64,000 nucleotides of DNA from Vicinamibacteria bacterium (lineage in GTDB: Bacteria > Acidobacteriota > Vicinamibacteria > Marinacidobacterales > Marinacidobacteraceae), in NCBI GenBank assembly GCA_963668695.2, contig CAXXLQ010000004.1:1280001-1344000 (forward strand), read 5' to 3'. Below are positions 42,325 through 52,267 of this stretch, one piece after another; within the stretch, counting starts at the first letter, position 1, and the number at the start of each line of letters is the position of its first letter. The notes below the pieces were generated by a model that saw only the letters and a program-made list of their open reading frames with translations, searched no databases and was not told where the DNA came from. The position numbers and the translations under genes were made by a program.

Positions 42325-43015
42325 CAGCCTGTGGCAAAACCCACACGGCGTTCGACCGGCGATCCATCCCGGCCAAACAGCCTGTGATGAAACCCGCGCG
42401 GCCCAGTTCTCCCGGTGGGGGCTCGGCCGGCGATCCATCCCGGCCAAACAACCGGTGATGAAACCCACGCGGCCCAGTTCTCCCGGTGGGGGCTCGGCCG
42501 GCGATCCATCCCGGCTGAACCGCGTCGCTTTCGCGCCGCTCATCGTTGCGCTTCGGTCGGAATACACTCGGTATTCTTCCCTCACGCGCCTTGTCAGCCG
42601 GGCCCCCACCGGGAGGACTGGCCCCACCGGGAGAACTGGGCCTCACCGGCCTCGGCGCTCACATGGGTTCCACCACCGGCTGTTCACCGCGTCGCTGCGC
42701 GCCGCTCATCGTTGCGTTTCGGTCGAAATACACCCGGGCCAGTTCTCCCGGTGGGGGCTCCTCCCTCACGCGCCTTGTCAGCCGGGCCCCCACCGGGAGG
42801 ACTGGCCCCACCGGGAGAACTGGGCCTCGCCGGCCTCGGCGCTCACGCGGGTTCCACCACCGGCTGTTCACCGCGTCGCTGCGCGCCGCTCATCGTTGCG
42901 TTTCGGTCGAAATACACCCGGGCCAGTTCTCCCGGTGGGGGCTCCTCCCTCACGCGCCTTGTCAGCCGCGCGCCTCGCCGGTCTCGGCGCTCACGTGGGT
43001 TTCACCACAGGCTGT
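42324..43015. mobile_element. Composite MITE (3 left + 3 right half-modules) in the trpA stop codon
   Basis: tTA|acagcc...ggctgt|TAa; left modules at about 42324, 42377, 42448; right modules end at about 42683, 42868, 43015. Confidence 0.88.
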
Positions 43016-43036
43016 TAACGGCGAAAGGAAAGAACC

Positions 43037-44041
43037 ATGCTGGTCATCATGGGGGCGGCGCCCACCGAAGAGCAATGCCGGCGCGTGGAAACCGCGATCC
43101 GCGACATGGGATTCGCGCCGCTCCGGGTTCCGGGTGCCGACCGGACCGCCATCTGCGTCACCGGGAATCGTGGGCCCGTGGACCCATCGTTCCTGGTCCG
43201 GCTCCCGGGCGTTGCGCGCTGTATTCCGGTCACCAAGCCCTTCAAGCTGGTCAGCCGCGAAGTGCATCCGGCGGACAGCGTCGTGGAGGTTGCCGGCGTG
43301 ATGGTGGGCGGCCCCGACGCGGTGGTGATTGCGGGACCCTGCAGCGTCGAAACCGAGGCCCGCACCGTGGGGATCGCCCGCGCGGTCCGAGCGGCGGGAG
43401 CCGACCTGTTCCGCGCTCGCTTGTGGTCGGAACGGGTCGGCCCCTACCACTTCGGCGGTGTGGGCGACGAGGGCCTGCACACTCTCGATCGGGTCCGGGA
43501 AGAGACGGGACTTCCGGTCGTTTCGGAAATCGTGGATCCGCGTTCCGCGGAGCGGGTCGCCGAACATGTAGATCTGGTCCAGATCGCCGGCCGGCATATG
43601 GAGAACGAAGCCCTGTTGGAGATCGCCGCCAGCCTCCCGAAGCCGGTCATTTTGGAACGTGGTCCGTCGGCAACGGTCGAAGAGTGGCTGATGGCCGCGG
43701 AATCCCTCTTGGCCCGACAGAAGCGGGACGTGATCCTGTGCGAACGGGGAATCCGGACTGGGGGCCAGCGGCGCACGCTCCTCGACCTCCACGCGGTGCC
43801 GGTGGTGCGGCGCACTTCGCATCTGCCGGTTTTGGTGGACCCCTCGCATGCAGTCGCCGAGCGGGACCGGGTTCGACCGCTGGCCCGCGCTGCTCTCGCG
43901 GCCGGCGCATCCGGACTTGCGATCGCCGTGCATACGCATCCCGATACGGCCTATACCGATCCGCGCCAGACTGTGGACATTCCGACCTTGGAAGGGATCT
44001 TCCGGGATCTCCGTACGATTCGGGATCTCGAGCGCCTTTGA
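43037..44041 (+). CDS. DAHP synthase type I-beta homologue with N-terminal ACT/ferredoxin-like domain; catalytic motifs degenerate
   Basis: KPFKLVSRE, IAGPCSVE, ILCERGIRT, SHLPVLVDPSHA; KPRT replaced by SERV. Confidence 0.85.
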   Translation: MLVIMGAAPTEEQCRRVETAIRDMGFAPLRVPGADRTAICVTGNRGPVDPSFLVRLPGVARCIPVTKPFKLVSREVHPADSVVEVAGVMVGGPDAVVIAGPCSVETEARTVGIARAVRAAGADLFRARLWSERVGPYHFGGVGDEGLHTLDRVREETGLPVVSEIVDPRSAERVAEHVDLVQIAGRHMENEALLEIAASLPKPVILERGPSATVEEWLMAAESLLARQKRDVILCERGIRTGGQRRTLLDLHAVPVVRRTSHLPVLVDPSHAVAERDRVRPLARAALAAGASGLAIAVHTHPDTAYTDPRQTVDIPTLEGIFRDLRTIRDLERL

Positions 44042-44069
44042 AGCACTTCCACTTTCGACCTCCCGGCTG

Positions 44070-44468
44070 GCAGCCGGTGGTGAAATCCACGCGGCCCAGT
44101 TCTCCCGGTGGGGGCTCGGCCGGCGATCCATCCCGGCCAAACAGCCTGTGATGAAACCCGCGCGGCGTTCGGCCGGCGATCCATCCCGGCTGACCGCGTC
44201 GCTGCGCGCCGCTCATCGTTGCGTTTCGGTCGGAATACACCCGGTATTCCTCCCTCACGCGCCTTGTCAGCCAAGCGCCTCACCGGCCTCGGCGCTCACG
44301 CGGGTTCCACCACAGGCTGTTCACCACTCCGCTTCGCTCCGTTCTGCGTTGCGTTTCGGTCGCAATACACTCGGGCCAGTTCTCCCGGTGGGGGCTCCTC
44401 CCTCACGCACCTTGTCAGCCGGGCGCCTCACCGGCCTCGGCGCTCACGCGGGTTCCACTACAGGCTGC
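44070..44468. mobile_element. Composite MITE (2 left + 2 right half-modules)
   Basis: gcagccggtgg...ctacaggctgc|TAa; ends just before the next ATG (44474). Confidence 0.85.
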
Positions 44469-44473
44469 TAACG

Positions 44474-45361
44474 ATGACCGAAAACTCCTCCCCCGCTCCG
44501 GACCCCGGCGAAGTCTCTTTCGGCCGGACCCTGCTGCAGTTCTTCGTGATCCCCATGCTGGTCGTGGTACTCGGCGTCGGGATCTTCCTCGGGTTCGCGT
44601 GGCTGGTTTCCGACGACACGACCGCCCAGGAACACCTCCAGCGAATCCGTTCCGGGGGACACCGGGAGAGGAGGCAGGCGGCGTTCGAGCTCGCAAACCG
44701 GATTCAGCGTGGCGAGCCCGGGGAATTCGGCGCGCTCGGCCCCGACCTGGTGCGAGCTTTCGGAGAGGCGCAGGCACCGGCGGATCCCTGGGTGCGCCAA
44801 TACCTCGCGCTGGCGCTTGGAACGCTCTCGGAGCCCACCGCCGTTCCCGTCTTGACGGAGGCGCTTGCCGATCCGGATGAAACCGTGCGGGTCTATGCCG
44901 CCTGGGCGCTCGGTTCCATCGGTGGGGGAGCCGCGGTTTCGGCGCTTGGCGAGGCCAGCCGGGCCGACGATGCGGGGCTGCGGACCATGGCGGTCTATGG
45001 GCTCGGCGCGATCGGCGATCCGGCGGCCGCCGCCACTTTGAGTCGAGCCGTCCAGGATCCGGTCCTCGATGTCTCCGTGAACGCCGTCGTGGCGCTTGCC
45101 CGAATCGGAGACGAGGCGGCGGCGGAGCGGCTCCTGGGGATGATGGAACCGGAATACTGGGTGGGCGTCCCGGGAATGCTGGAAGGCGAAAGGATCCTGG
45201 CGCGGCTGAGTGCGGTTCAGGCGGCGGGCGTCCTCGAAACCCCGGTCGTCCGGGCGCGGCTCGAGGAGGTGGCGGCGGGCGATCCCGACCTGCGAGTCCG
45301 GGCGGCCGCGCTCTCGGCTCTCGCTGCCGAAGGTCGGCGACCCGGTGGGCCGCGTCCGTGA
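44474..45361 (+). CDS. Membrane-anchored HEAT/PBS-lyase repeat protein
   Basis: N-terminal TM; repeats VRQYLALALG, VRVYAAWALG, LRTMAVYGLG, VRAAALSAL. Confidence 0.85.
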   Translation: MTENSSPAPDPGEVSFGRTLLQFFVIPMLVVVLGVGIFLGFAWLVSDDTTAQEHLQRIRSGGHRERRQAAFELANRIQRGEPGEFGALGPDLVRAFGEAQAPADPWVRQYLALALGTLSEPTAVPVLTEALADPDETVRVYAAWALGSIGGGAAVSALGEASRADDAGLRTMAVYGLGAIGDPAAAATLSRAVQDPVLDVSVNAVVALARIGDEAAAERLLGMMEPEYWVGVPGMLEGERILARLSAVQAAGVLETPVVRARLEEVAAGDPDLRVRAAALSALAAEGRRPGGPRP

Positions 45362-45452
45362 CCAGGGCGGCACGCGCGGAAATCCGTGAACCGATTCTGA
45401 GAGCCTTCCGTTAGAATTCCGCGCCGATCCCCCACCCCTCTGAATCCAGCCC

Positions 45453-46016
45453 ATGCCTGAGCCTCCGGCGAGTCCAGCAATCCAGTCGGCCCGTGCGCCG
45501 GCCTCCAAACGAGCCTCCGCCGCCGCCAAAAAGGTCACCCGCCGGGAATTCCCTTTTCTGGCCATCGGCTGGGCTGTTTTCACGGCTGCCATGGCCGCCG
45601 GGCTCACCGCCGTGGGCCGGTTCATGTTCCCGAACGTCCTGACGGAGCCGCCTTCGGAGTTCAAGGCCGGCTTTCCGGCTGACTTCTCGATCGGGGTGGT
45701 GGATACCCGTTTCAAGGAGCGCTACCAGGTGTGGATCGTCCGGGACGAGGAAAAGATCTACGCCCTCTCCACCATCTGCACCCACCTGGGATGTACGCCG
45801 AACTGGCTCGAGGCCGAGAGCAAGTTCAAGTGTCCCTGTCACGGGAGCGGGTTCTACGTGACGGGGATCAACTTCGAGGGCCCGGCGCCCCGCCCGCTGG
45901 AACGCGTCGGCGTGAGCCTCGCGGAGGACGGCCAGCTGCTCATCGACAAGTCGCGCCTTTTCAAGTTCGAAGCGGGCCAGTGGACCGATTCCGCCTCGTT
46001 CCTTTCCCTGACGTAA
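45453..46016 (+). CDS. Rieske 2Fe-2S subunit of a Rieske/cytochrome b complex
   Basis: Tat signal TRREF, CTHLGC, CPCHGS, GPAPRPL. Confidence 0.95.
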   Translation: MPEPPASPAIQSARAPASKRASAAAKKVTRREFPFLAIGWAVFTAAMAAGLTAVGRFMFPNVLTEPPSEFKAGFPADFSIGVVDTRFKERYQVWIVRDEEKIYALSTICTHLGCTPNWLEAESKFKCPCHGSGFYVTGINFEGPAPRPLERVGVSLAEDGQLLIDKSRLFKFEAGQWTDSASFLSLT

Positions 46017-46188
46017 GCAGCCCGTGAACCAAGTAGCCCGGCATTCGAGCGGCGATCCATCCCGGCTGAACCGCTTCGCTCTGTGTTCCGCTTCGGTCGG
46101 AATACACTCGGTATTCCTCCCGAATCGCGCCTTGTCAGCCGGGCGCCTCACCGCTCTCGGTGCTCGGGCCTCCTGGTCCACGGACTGC
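46017..46188. mobile_element. MITE-like repeat copy (CAG[C/T]CCGTG-end subfamily)
   Basis: gcagcccgtgaacca...tggtccacggactgc|TA, directly after the Rieske TAA. Confidence 0.8.
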
Positions 46189-46210
46189 TAAGGCAAGCGA
46201 AGGGGGCGTC

Positions 46211-47011
46211 ATGTTGAACCGCATCGTCGCTCCCCTCCGCGCCGCCTGGAAGGAGGCGACCGACTCGCAGGTCTGGACTTCCATCTTCCGGCACGGCAAA
46301 CCGGTCAGCAACCGGAACCGGGCGCTCGTGATGATGAGCAACGTGTTCCTGCACCTGCACCCGGTCAAGTCCCGGAAGGCGGGCATCAAGCTCCGCTACA
46401 CCTGGTGCATGGGGGGGATCACCTTCTTCCTGTTCCTGACGCTGACCTTCACCGGTCTGCTCCTGATGTTCTACTACCGGCCCACCGTGGAGTACGCCTA
46501 TGCGGACATCGTGGACCTTCAGGAGCACGTGCCGCTCGGCATCATGCGGGAACTCCACCGCTGGGGCGCGCACGCGATGGTCATCACGGTGTGGCTGCAC
46601 ATGCTGCGCGTCTTCATGACCGGCTCCTACAAACCGCCCCGCGAGTTCAACTGGAGCATCGGGGTGGTCCTGCTGGTGCTCACCCTGCTCCTCTCCTTCA
46701 CCGGCTATCTCCTGCCCTGGGACCAGCTCGCGATCTGGGCGATCACGGTCGGCTCGAATATGGCGCGCGCCACCCCGCTGCTAGGAACGGAAGGTCCGTT
46801 ATCGGCGTCCCTCACCCTGGGGGACATCAATCTCATCAACTCGGGGAACGACGCGCGCTTCGCGCTGCTGGGAGCGCGATCGGTGGGAGCGCCCACCCTG
46901 CTCCGCTTCTACGTGCTCCACTGCGTCGGGCTGCCGCTGATCGTGGCCTTCCTGATGGCGGTCCACTTCTGGCGCGTCCGCAAGGACGGGGGCATTTCGG
47001 GGCCCATGTAG
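46211..47011 (+). CDS. Cytochrome b6-like N-terminal subunit (split cytochrome b)
   Basis: WCMGG (heme ci Cys position), LHRWGAH...[16 protein letters not shown]-x14-H second His pair, GISGPM end. Confidence 0.93.
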   Translation: MLNRIVAPLRAAWKEATDSQVWTSIFRHGKPVSNRNRALVMMSNVFLHLHPVKSRKAGIKLRYTWCMGGITFFLFLTLTFTGLLLMFYYRPTVEYAYADIVDLQEHVPLGIMRELHRWGAHAMVITVWLHMLRVFMTGSYKPPREFNWSIGVVLLVLTLLLSFTGYLLPWDQLAIWAITVGSNMARATPLLGTEGPLSASLTLGDINLINSGNDARFALLGARSVGAPTLLRFYVLHCVGLPLIVAFLMAVHFWRVRKDGGISGPM

Positions 47012-47106
47012 CGCCCGTGGAAAAAGCACCCCGCACTATGCCCAGGACGACACGCACGCCGAGTCTGTGGGTTCATTCTGCGTGCGGGGCACCTTTCCCA
47101 CGGGGT
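47011..47106. repeat. About 95-bp element with inverted ends, starting in the cytochrome b stop codon
   Basis: cccgtggaaaaagcaccccgcac...gtgcggggcacctttcccacggg; followed by a second hairpin ggggagggaaaacccctcccc. Confidence 0.55.
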
Positions 47107-47288
47107 GATGGCGCGAATCGCGTAGCGATTCGCGCCATCGTCTCTTGTGGGGAGGGAAAACCCCTCCCCACACCCTTCGCCCGCGGTGCTTCGCGCCGCG
47201 CACGGACGCAGGCCGACTCTCGCCGCTGCCCGGTAGGCGGGGACCCGTTCGCTCGGAACGGATTTCCTGAAAGAAACGAACTGAGACA

Positions 47289-48410
47289 GTGATCGGCCTC
47301 TTCAAGGACCTCGTGAACTGGGCCTCCGGGCCCACGGTCCTGTTCTCGATCACGACGATCGGCCTTCTGCTCGCCTTCCGCTTCACGAAGGTCTGGAGCC
47401 GGACCGCCGCCAAGGTCTTCTTCGCGGTGCTTGCGGTGTTCTACGTGGCGAGCATGTGGGATTCCAACTTCTTCCTGATCGTCGCGAAGGCCGACAACAT
47501 CCCGATCACCGGGGTCATCTTCATGGTCTTCTTCTTCACTTGGTACGCGATGTACCAGGGGATCGAGAACGACAAGCGGAGCGCGGGAAAAGAAGAGGTT
47601 CTCGAGAAGAAGGAGTCCGAAAAGGTCTGGGTGTGGCCGGATCTCGTTTACACCGAGATGCTGGCGATGGTGCTGCTCAGCATCGTGCTCCTCGTCTGGT
47701 CCATCCTGGCGGCGGCCCCGCTGGAGCAGCCCGCGAACCCGGCGGATTCTCCGAACCCCTCGAAAGCCCCCTGGTACTTCCTCGGGTTGCAGGAGATGCT
47801 CGTCTACTTCGATCCCTGGCTTGCCGGGGTGGTGTTCCCCACTCTCATCATCGTGGGACTCATGGCGATTCCCTACATCGACGTGAACCCGAAGGGGAAC
47901 GGGTATTTCACTTTCAAGGAGCGGAAGGCGGAGATCGTCATCTTCCTGTTCGGGTTCTTGATCCTCTGGTGTCTCCTGGTCATTTCGGGCACCTTCCTCA
48001 GGGGGCCCAACTGGAACTTCTTCGGTCCCTATGAGTACTGGGACGTGCACCGGGTGGAACCGCTCCTGAACGTCAACGTCTCCGATTTCTTCTGGGTAAA
48101 GCTGCTCGGACGGCCCCTGCCGACCGGAGGCTTTGTCGCCGCGCTCATGCGGGAATGGATCGGGCTCGTGATGGTGGGGGTCTACCTCTTCGTGCTCCCG
48201 GTGGTGTTGTCCTGGCCGAAGGAGCGGTTCCCCACCGGGCTAAAGTGGCTGAGCTTCCACAAGTACTACGAAAAGATGGGCGGGCCCCGTTACTACATCG
48301 GGGTCAGCCTCTTCCTGATGATGATGAGCCTGCCAATCAAGATGTATCTGCGGTGGGCTTTCAACTTGAAATACATCGTCGCATTTCCCGAAATTTTCTT
48401 CAACATCTAG
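47289..48410 (+). CDS. Cytochrome b subunit IV-like membrane protein with extra TM helices
   Basis: WVWPDLVYTE, PLEQPANPADSPNPSKAPWYFLGLQE (PEWY-equivalent), AIPYID. Confidence 0.85.
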   Translation: MIGLFKDLVNWASGPTVLFSITTIGLLLAFRFTKVWSRTAAKVFFAVLAVFYVASMWDSNFFLIVAKADNIPITGVIFMVFFFTWYAMYQGIENDKRSAGKEEVLEKKESEKVWVWPDLVYTEMLAMVLLSIVLLVWSILAAAPLEQPANPADSPNPSKAPWYFLGLQEMLVYFDPWLAGVVFPTLIIVGLMAIPYIDVNPKGNGYFTFKERKAEIVIFLFGFLILWCLLVISGTFLRGPNWNFFGPYEYWDVHRVEPLLNVNVSDFFWVKLLGRPLPTGGFVAALMREWIGLVMVGVYLFVLPVVLSWPKERFPTGLKWLSFHKYYEKMGGPRYYIGVSLFLMMMSLPIKMYLRWAFNLKYIVAFPEIFFNI

Positions 48411-48422
48411 GCAACTTTTCCC

Positions 48423-51230
48423 GTGTCCAAAGTCGCTCCCGGCCACGCTCACGACATTTCGAAGCTGAACGTCATCTTCGCCGTCTCGAGCGTTTTCCTG
48501 CTGTTCGCAACGGTGTGGATGATCTGGTTCGACTACTCGCGGGAATGGAAGGGCTACCAGCGTCAGTTCGTCCAGATGGAGCGCGATCTCACCGTGCGCC
48601 AGATGCAGGAGGCCCAGCAGGCCATCAGTCAGGCGGACTTCCAGCGCGTCCAGGCCGAGCTTCAGGAGGCGGAAGCCGCTTTCGCGACCCAGCAGGCCGA
48701 GTTCGGAGCCCTGGAGGCGGAGATCTCCGCCCTGGATGACCGCCGCACTCTGGCCGATATCCGCGAGCGCGAGATCAAGGCCGTCTACGACTCGGACAAG
48801 TTCTACTACGAGGAGACGCGGGAGCGAGGCACCCCTCTCGGCCGGGCCGTTGGCGACGACGAATTCCAGGCCCTCGAGACGGGCTTGTTCGAGGCCCGCG
48901 ATCTTCGGATTTCGCTCGATTTCGATCTGGCGGAAAAGAGGGGAGCACTACGCGAGCGCCGGGCCGTCGTGACGGAACTGAGCGGAGAGCGGGAACAGCT
49001 GACGCAGGCCGTAACACTCGCCCGCCGCAAACTGGATTCGATCGCCCCGAGCCTCCCGAACACCTTCCGGAACCTCCCCGTCGTCGACTTCATCGACCCC
49101 TCCATCCAGGTCCGGCAAGTGCTCGTCCGGAATGTCACCGAGGAGCTCAACTTCGCCCAGGTTCCGCGGATCGACCGCTGCCAGACCTGTCACCTCGGGA
49201 TCGACAACCCGGATTACGCGGACGCGCCCCAACCCTTCACGGCCCATCCGAATCTGGAGACCTTCGTAAGCCGGGAATCGGATCATCCGGTGGACGACTT
49301 CGGCTGCACCTCTTGCCACCTGGGTCGCGGCCGCAAGCTGTCTTTCAGCGGGGCCACCCACACCCCCGAGTCGGTGGAAGAGGAGCACGACTGGGTCGAG
49401 AAGTACAACTGGAAGGAAGACCACTACTGGGACAACCCGATGTACCAGGCGGGTCTCACGGAGGCCGGTTGCATCAAGTGCCACCGGGACCAGGTCTTCG
49501 TCCCGCGGGCCGAGGATCTCAACCAGAGCCGGATGACCTTCGAACTCGCCGGCTGCTGGGGTTGTCACAACACGACCGGCTACGAGGACTTGCGGAACCG
49601 CGGTCCCTCGCTGAAGCGGATCGCCGACAAGACCGATCGTGATTTCGTGGCGCGCTGGGTGCGCGACCCGAAGGCGTTCCGGCCTTCGACCTGGATGCCC
49701 CGCTTCTGGAACCTCGACAACAACCCCGACTCCGAACTCAAGAGCCGCAACGACACCGAAGTGGCCGCGATCGTGGAGTACGTCTTCGAGAATTCGAGCG
49801 ATGAAGCCGACTACAGCGCGCCCCCGCGGGGGAACACCGCCCGCGGTGAAGTGCTCGTGAGCGAAGTCGGCTGCCTCGGCTGCCACCTCATCGACGAGAA
49901 CGGGTACGACCAGATGAGCATCTACCGCCGTCGCGGTCCGGCCCTGACCGGCACGGCTACCAAACTGGACGCCGGCTTCGTCTACGAATGGGTGAAGAAC
50001 CCCCGGCACTACTGGGAAGAGACCTTCATGCCGGACCTCCGCCTCACCGATCAGGAGGCGGCCGACATCACTGCCTGGCTCATGGGGCGGGAAGCGACGG
50101 ATTTCGGCGCCGCGGAGGTGCCCGCGGCGAACGCCGGGCAGCTCGATGAGATCACTCGCGAGTTCCTGAAGACCGGGCTGCCCGACGCCATGGCCGCCGA
50201 GCGTCTCGCCGGGATGTCGGAGCAGGAGAAGCTCCTCTATTCGGGAGAACGGCTGATCCGCCGCTATGGCTGTTTCGGGTGCCACGAGATCGGCGGTTTC
50301 GAGGATGCTCAGAAGATTGGCGTGGACCTCTCCACCTGGGGATCCAAGATGGTCACCCGGCTCGACTTCGGCTACGTGGACATTCCGCACGCCCGTCAGT
50401 CGTGGCTGGAGCAGAAGCTCTCCGCCCCTCGCACCTACGACCGGGGGAAGGTGAAGAGTCCGGGCGAGAAGCTCCGCATGCCGCAGTTCGGCTTCACGGA
50501 CAGCGACCGGCAGCACGTCGTCCGGAACGTTCTCGGCCAGGTGCGGGATGAGTTCCCCCAGGAAGGGGTCAAGACCCTCACGGCGGCGGAAGCCATCGCC
50601 GAGGACGCCCGCCATCTCATCCACGACTACAACTGTCGCGGCTGCCATCTCATCGACGGAGTCGGGGGTGGGATCTACGAAACGATCGAGGACACCGGAT
50701 TGCGTCCTCCCAACCTGAATACCCAAGGAAAGAGAACGCAGGCGGACTGGCTCTACCACTTCCTTCAGGACCCCAGCGAGGTGCGGTTCTGGCTGAACGC
50801 CCGGATGCCCAGCTTCAACTTCACCAACGAGGAAGCGAACACCCTGATCTCCGGATTCCTGGCGATGGACGGCGCCCAGCCGTTCGACGACGAACAGGAT
50901 CGGATGTACGACCGGGAGGAACTTCGGGTCGGCGCGCAGCTCCTCGACCAGCTCCAGTGCGAGCGTTGTCACATCGCCGCGGCTGCCGGCATCATGGAGG
51001 CCTCGCAGCTTGCGCCGTCCTTCCGTCTTTCGGGAGAACGGCTCACCCACGACTGGATCGTGGACTGGCTGCTCGATCCGCAGTCCGTTACCCCGGGGAC
51101 CCAGATGCCGCAGTTCTGGCCGACGGATCAGGAAGGCAACCGGCTGACGGCTCTCCCGGACATTCTGGATGGAGACCCGATGGCGCAGATGCGCGCGGTC
51201 GCCTCCTATCTGATGAACTACGACCGTTAG
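48423..51230 (+). CDS. Membrane-anchored multiheme cytochrome c (8 CxxCH)
   Basis: CQTCH, CTSCH, CIKCH, CWGCH, CLGCH, CFGCH, CRGCH, CERCH; N-terminal TM and coiled coil. Confidence 0.92.
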   Translation: MSKVAPGHAHDISKLNVIFAVSSVFLLFATVWMIWFDYSREWKGYQRQFVQMERDLTVRQMQEAQQAISQADFQRVQAELQEAEAAFATQQAEFGALEAEISALDDRRTLADIREREIKAVYDSDKFYYEETRERGTPLGRAVGDDEFQALETGLFEARDLRISLDFDLAEKRGALRERRAVVTELSGEREQLTQAVTLARRKLDSIAPSLPNTFRNLPVVDFIDPSIQVRQVLVRNVTEELNFAQVPRIDRCQTCHLGIDNPDYADAPQPFTAHPNLETFVSRESDHPVDDFGCTSCHLGRGRKLSFSGATHTPESVEEEHDWVEKYNWKEDHYWDNPMYQAGLTEAGCIKCHRDQVFVPRAEDLNQSRMTFELAGCWGCHNTTGYEDLRNRGPSLKRIADKTDRDFVARWVRDPKAFRPSTWMPRFWNLDNNPDSELKSRNDTEVAAIVEYVFENSSDEADYSAPPRGNTARGEVLVSEVGCLGCHLIDENGYDQMSIYRRRGPALTGTATKLDAGFVYEWVKNPRHYWEETFMPDLRLTDQEAADITAWLMGREATDFGAAEVPAANAGQLDEITREFLKTGLPDAMAAERLAGMSEQEKLLYSGERLIRRYGCFGCHEIGGFEDAQKIGVDLSTWGSKMVTRLDFGYVDIPHARQSWLEQKLSAPRTYDRGKVKSPGEKLRMPQFGFTDSDRQHVVRNVLGQVRDEFPQEGVKTLTAAEAIAEDARHLIHDYNCRGCHLIDGVGGGIYETIEDTGLRPPNLNTQGKRTQADWLYHFLQDPSEVRFWLNARMPSFNFTNEEANTLISGFLAMDGAQPFDDEQDRMYDREELRVGAQLLDQLQCERCHIAAAAGIMEASQLAPSFRLSGERLTHDWIVDWLLDPQSVTPGTQMPQFWPTDQEGNRLTALPDILDGDPMAQMRAVASYLMNYDR

Positions 51231-51340
51231 TCCTGCTTCCATGAGCCGTAGTTGCCAGCGCGGTCAGGATCGCCAAGGGAGCCGTGCCGGAGCGCCTTCG
51301 CCAGCAGGCTTCCGCCAGCAAACCTCAGGAGAAACGTCCA

Positions 51341-52210
51341 ATGGCTGATGAACCGAAGGCGCGCACCGGTGGTCTCGAGGGGATCGCCATGGCGGTCGCC
51401 ATCTGGGCGATCGTCCTGGTCTCGTCGCTCTACTTCCTGCGTTACGACGTGCCCGAGCTGGCGTCCGACCGCGGCTACCTGGACAACCTCTACTACGTGA
51501 TCCTGGGGATCACCGGCGCCGCCTACGTTCTGTTTCAGGTCGCCCTCGGGTACTTCATCTACCGCTATCGCGGGGACCGGCCGGGCGCCGAATCGAGCTA
51601 CTGGCACGAGAGCCACAAGCTGGAACTCACCTGGACGATCGGCACCGCGGTCATCCTCATCCCGATCGTCTTCACCGGCCTGATCTATTGGGATCGGGTC
51701 AGGTCTCCGGCGCCGGAGGATGCGGTGACCGTCATGGCGGTCGGGGCGCAGTTCCAGTGGGATTTCCACTATCCGGGCGCCGACGGTCAGTTCGGCCGTT
51801 TCGATCCGACCCTCTACGCCATCGACAACCAGGTCGGCCTCGACGAGGCGGACTCCGCGGCCGCCGATGACTGGGTGCTGACCAACCAGCTCGTCCTCCC
51901 GGTGGACCGCCCGGCCCGGATCCTGCTGCGTTCGAAGGATGTCCAGCACGCATTCTTCCTCCCGAACTTCCGGGTCAAGCAGGATCTGCTCCCGGGAATG
52001 GCCACCGAGGTCTGGTTCACCCCGATCAAGGCCGGCAGTTACGAGGTGGCCTGCGCCGAACTCTGCGGGCTCGGCCACTACCGAATGCGGGCTTTCCTCG
52101 AAGTGATGGAAGAGCCCGACTACCAGCAGTGGCTGGCAGAGAACGCGCCGGCGACCGACGTGGCCGCGGCGGTTCCGGCGGCGAGCGATCCGGCGCCGGC
52201 GGCGCAGTAG
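51341..52210 (+). CDS. coxB: Cytochrome c oxidase subunit II
   Basis: KLELTWT, QFQWDFHY, DVQHAF, CAELCGLGHYRM CuA site; no fused cytochrome c. Confidence 0.95.
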   Translation: MADEPKARTGGLEGIAMAVAIWAIVLVSSLYFLRYDVPELASDRGYLDNLYYVILGITGAAYVLFQVALGYFIYRYRGDRPGAESSYWHESHKLELTWTIGTAVILIPIVFTGLIYWDRVRSPAPEDAVTVMAVGAQFQWDFHYPGADGQFGRFDPTLYAIDNQVGLDEADSAAADDWVLTNQLVLPVDRPARILLRSKDVQHAFFLPNFRVKQDLLPGMATEVWFTPIKAGSYEVACAELCGLGHYRMRAFLEVMEEPDYQQWLAENAPATDVAAAVPAASDPAPAAQ

Positions 52211-52267
52211 CGGCGCAAATCAGAGCAATCGAAGCAGCGGACCCCACCAACGGACTGGAGAAAAGCG

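Noticed and set aside
42324-43015. Repeat clusters as a CRISPR array
   Set aside because: The intervening sequences are themselves repeated, spacing is irregular, ends are inverted repeats and no cas genes are present
42415-44151. ORFs made of repeat sequence (e.g. 42415-44151, 42455-43018, 24972-25757, 57591-58007) and 5' extensions of SurA, HEAT, VWA, FN3 and cupredoxin ORFs
   Set aside because: They arise because the GC-rich MITE is stop-poor; the same peptides (PHRENW, GRNTPG) recur at each copy, and better starts lie downstream
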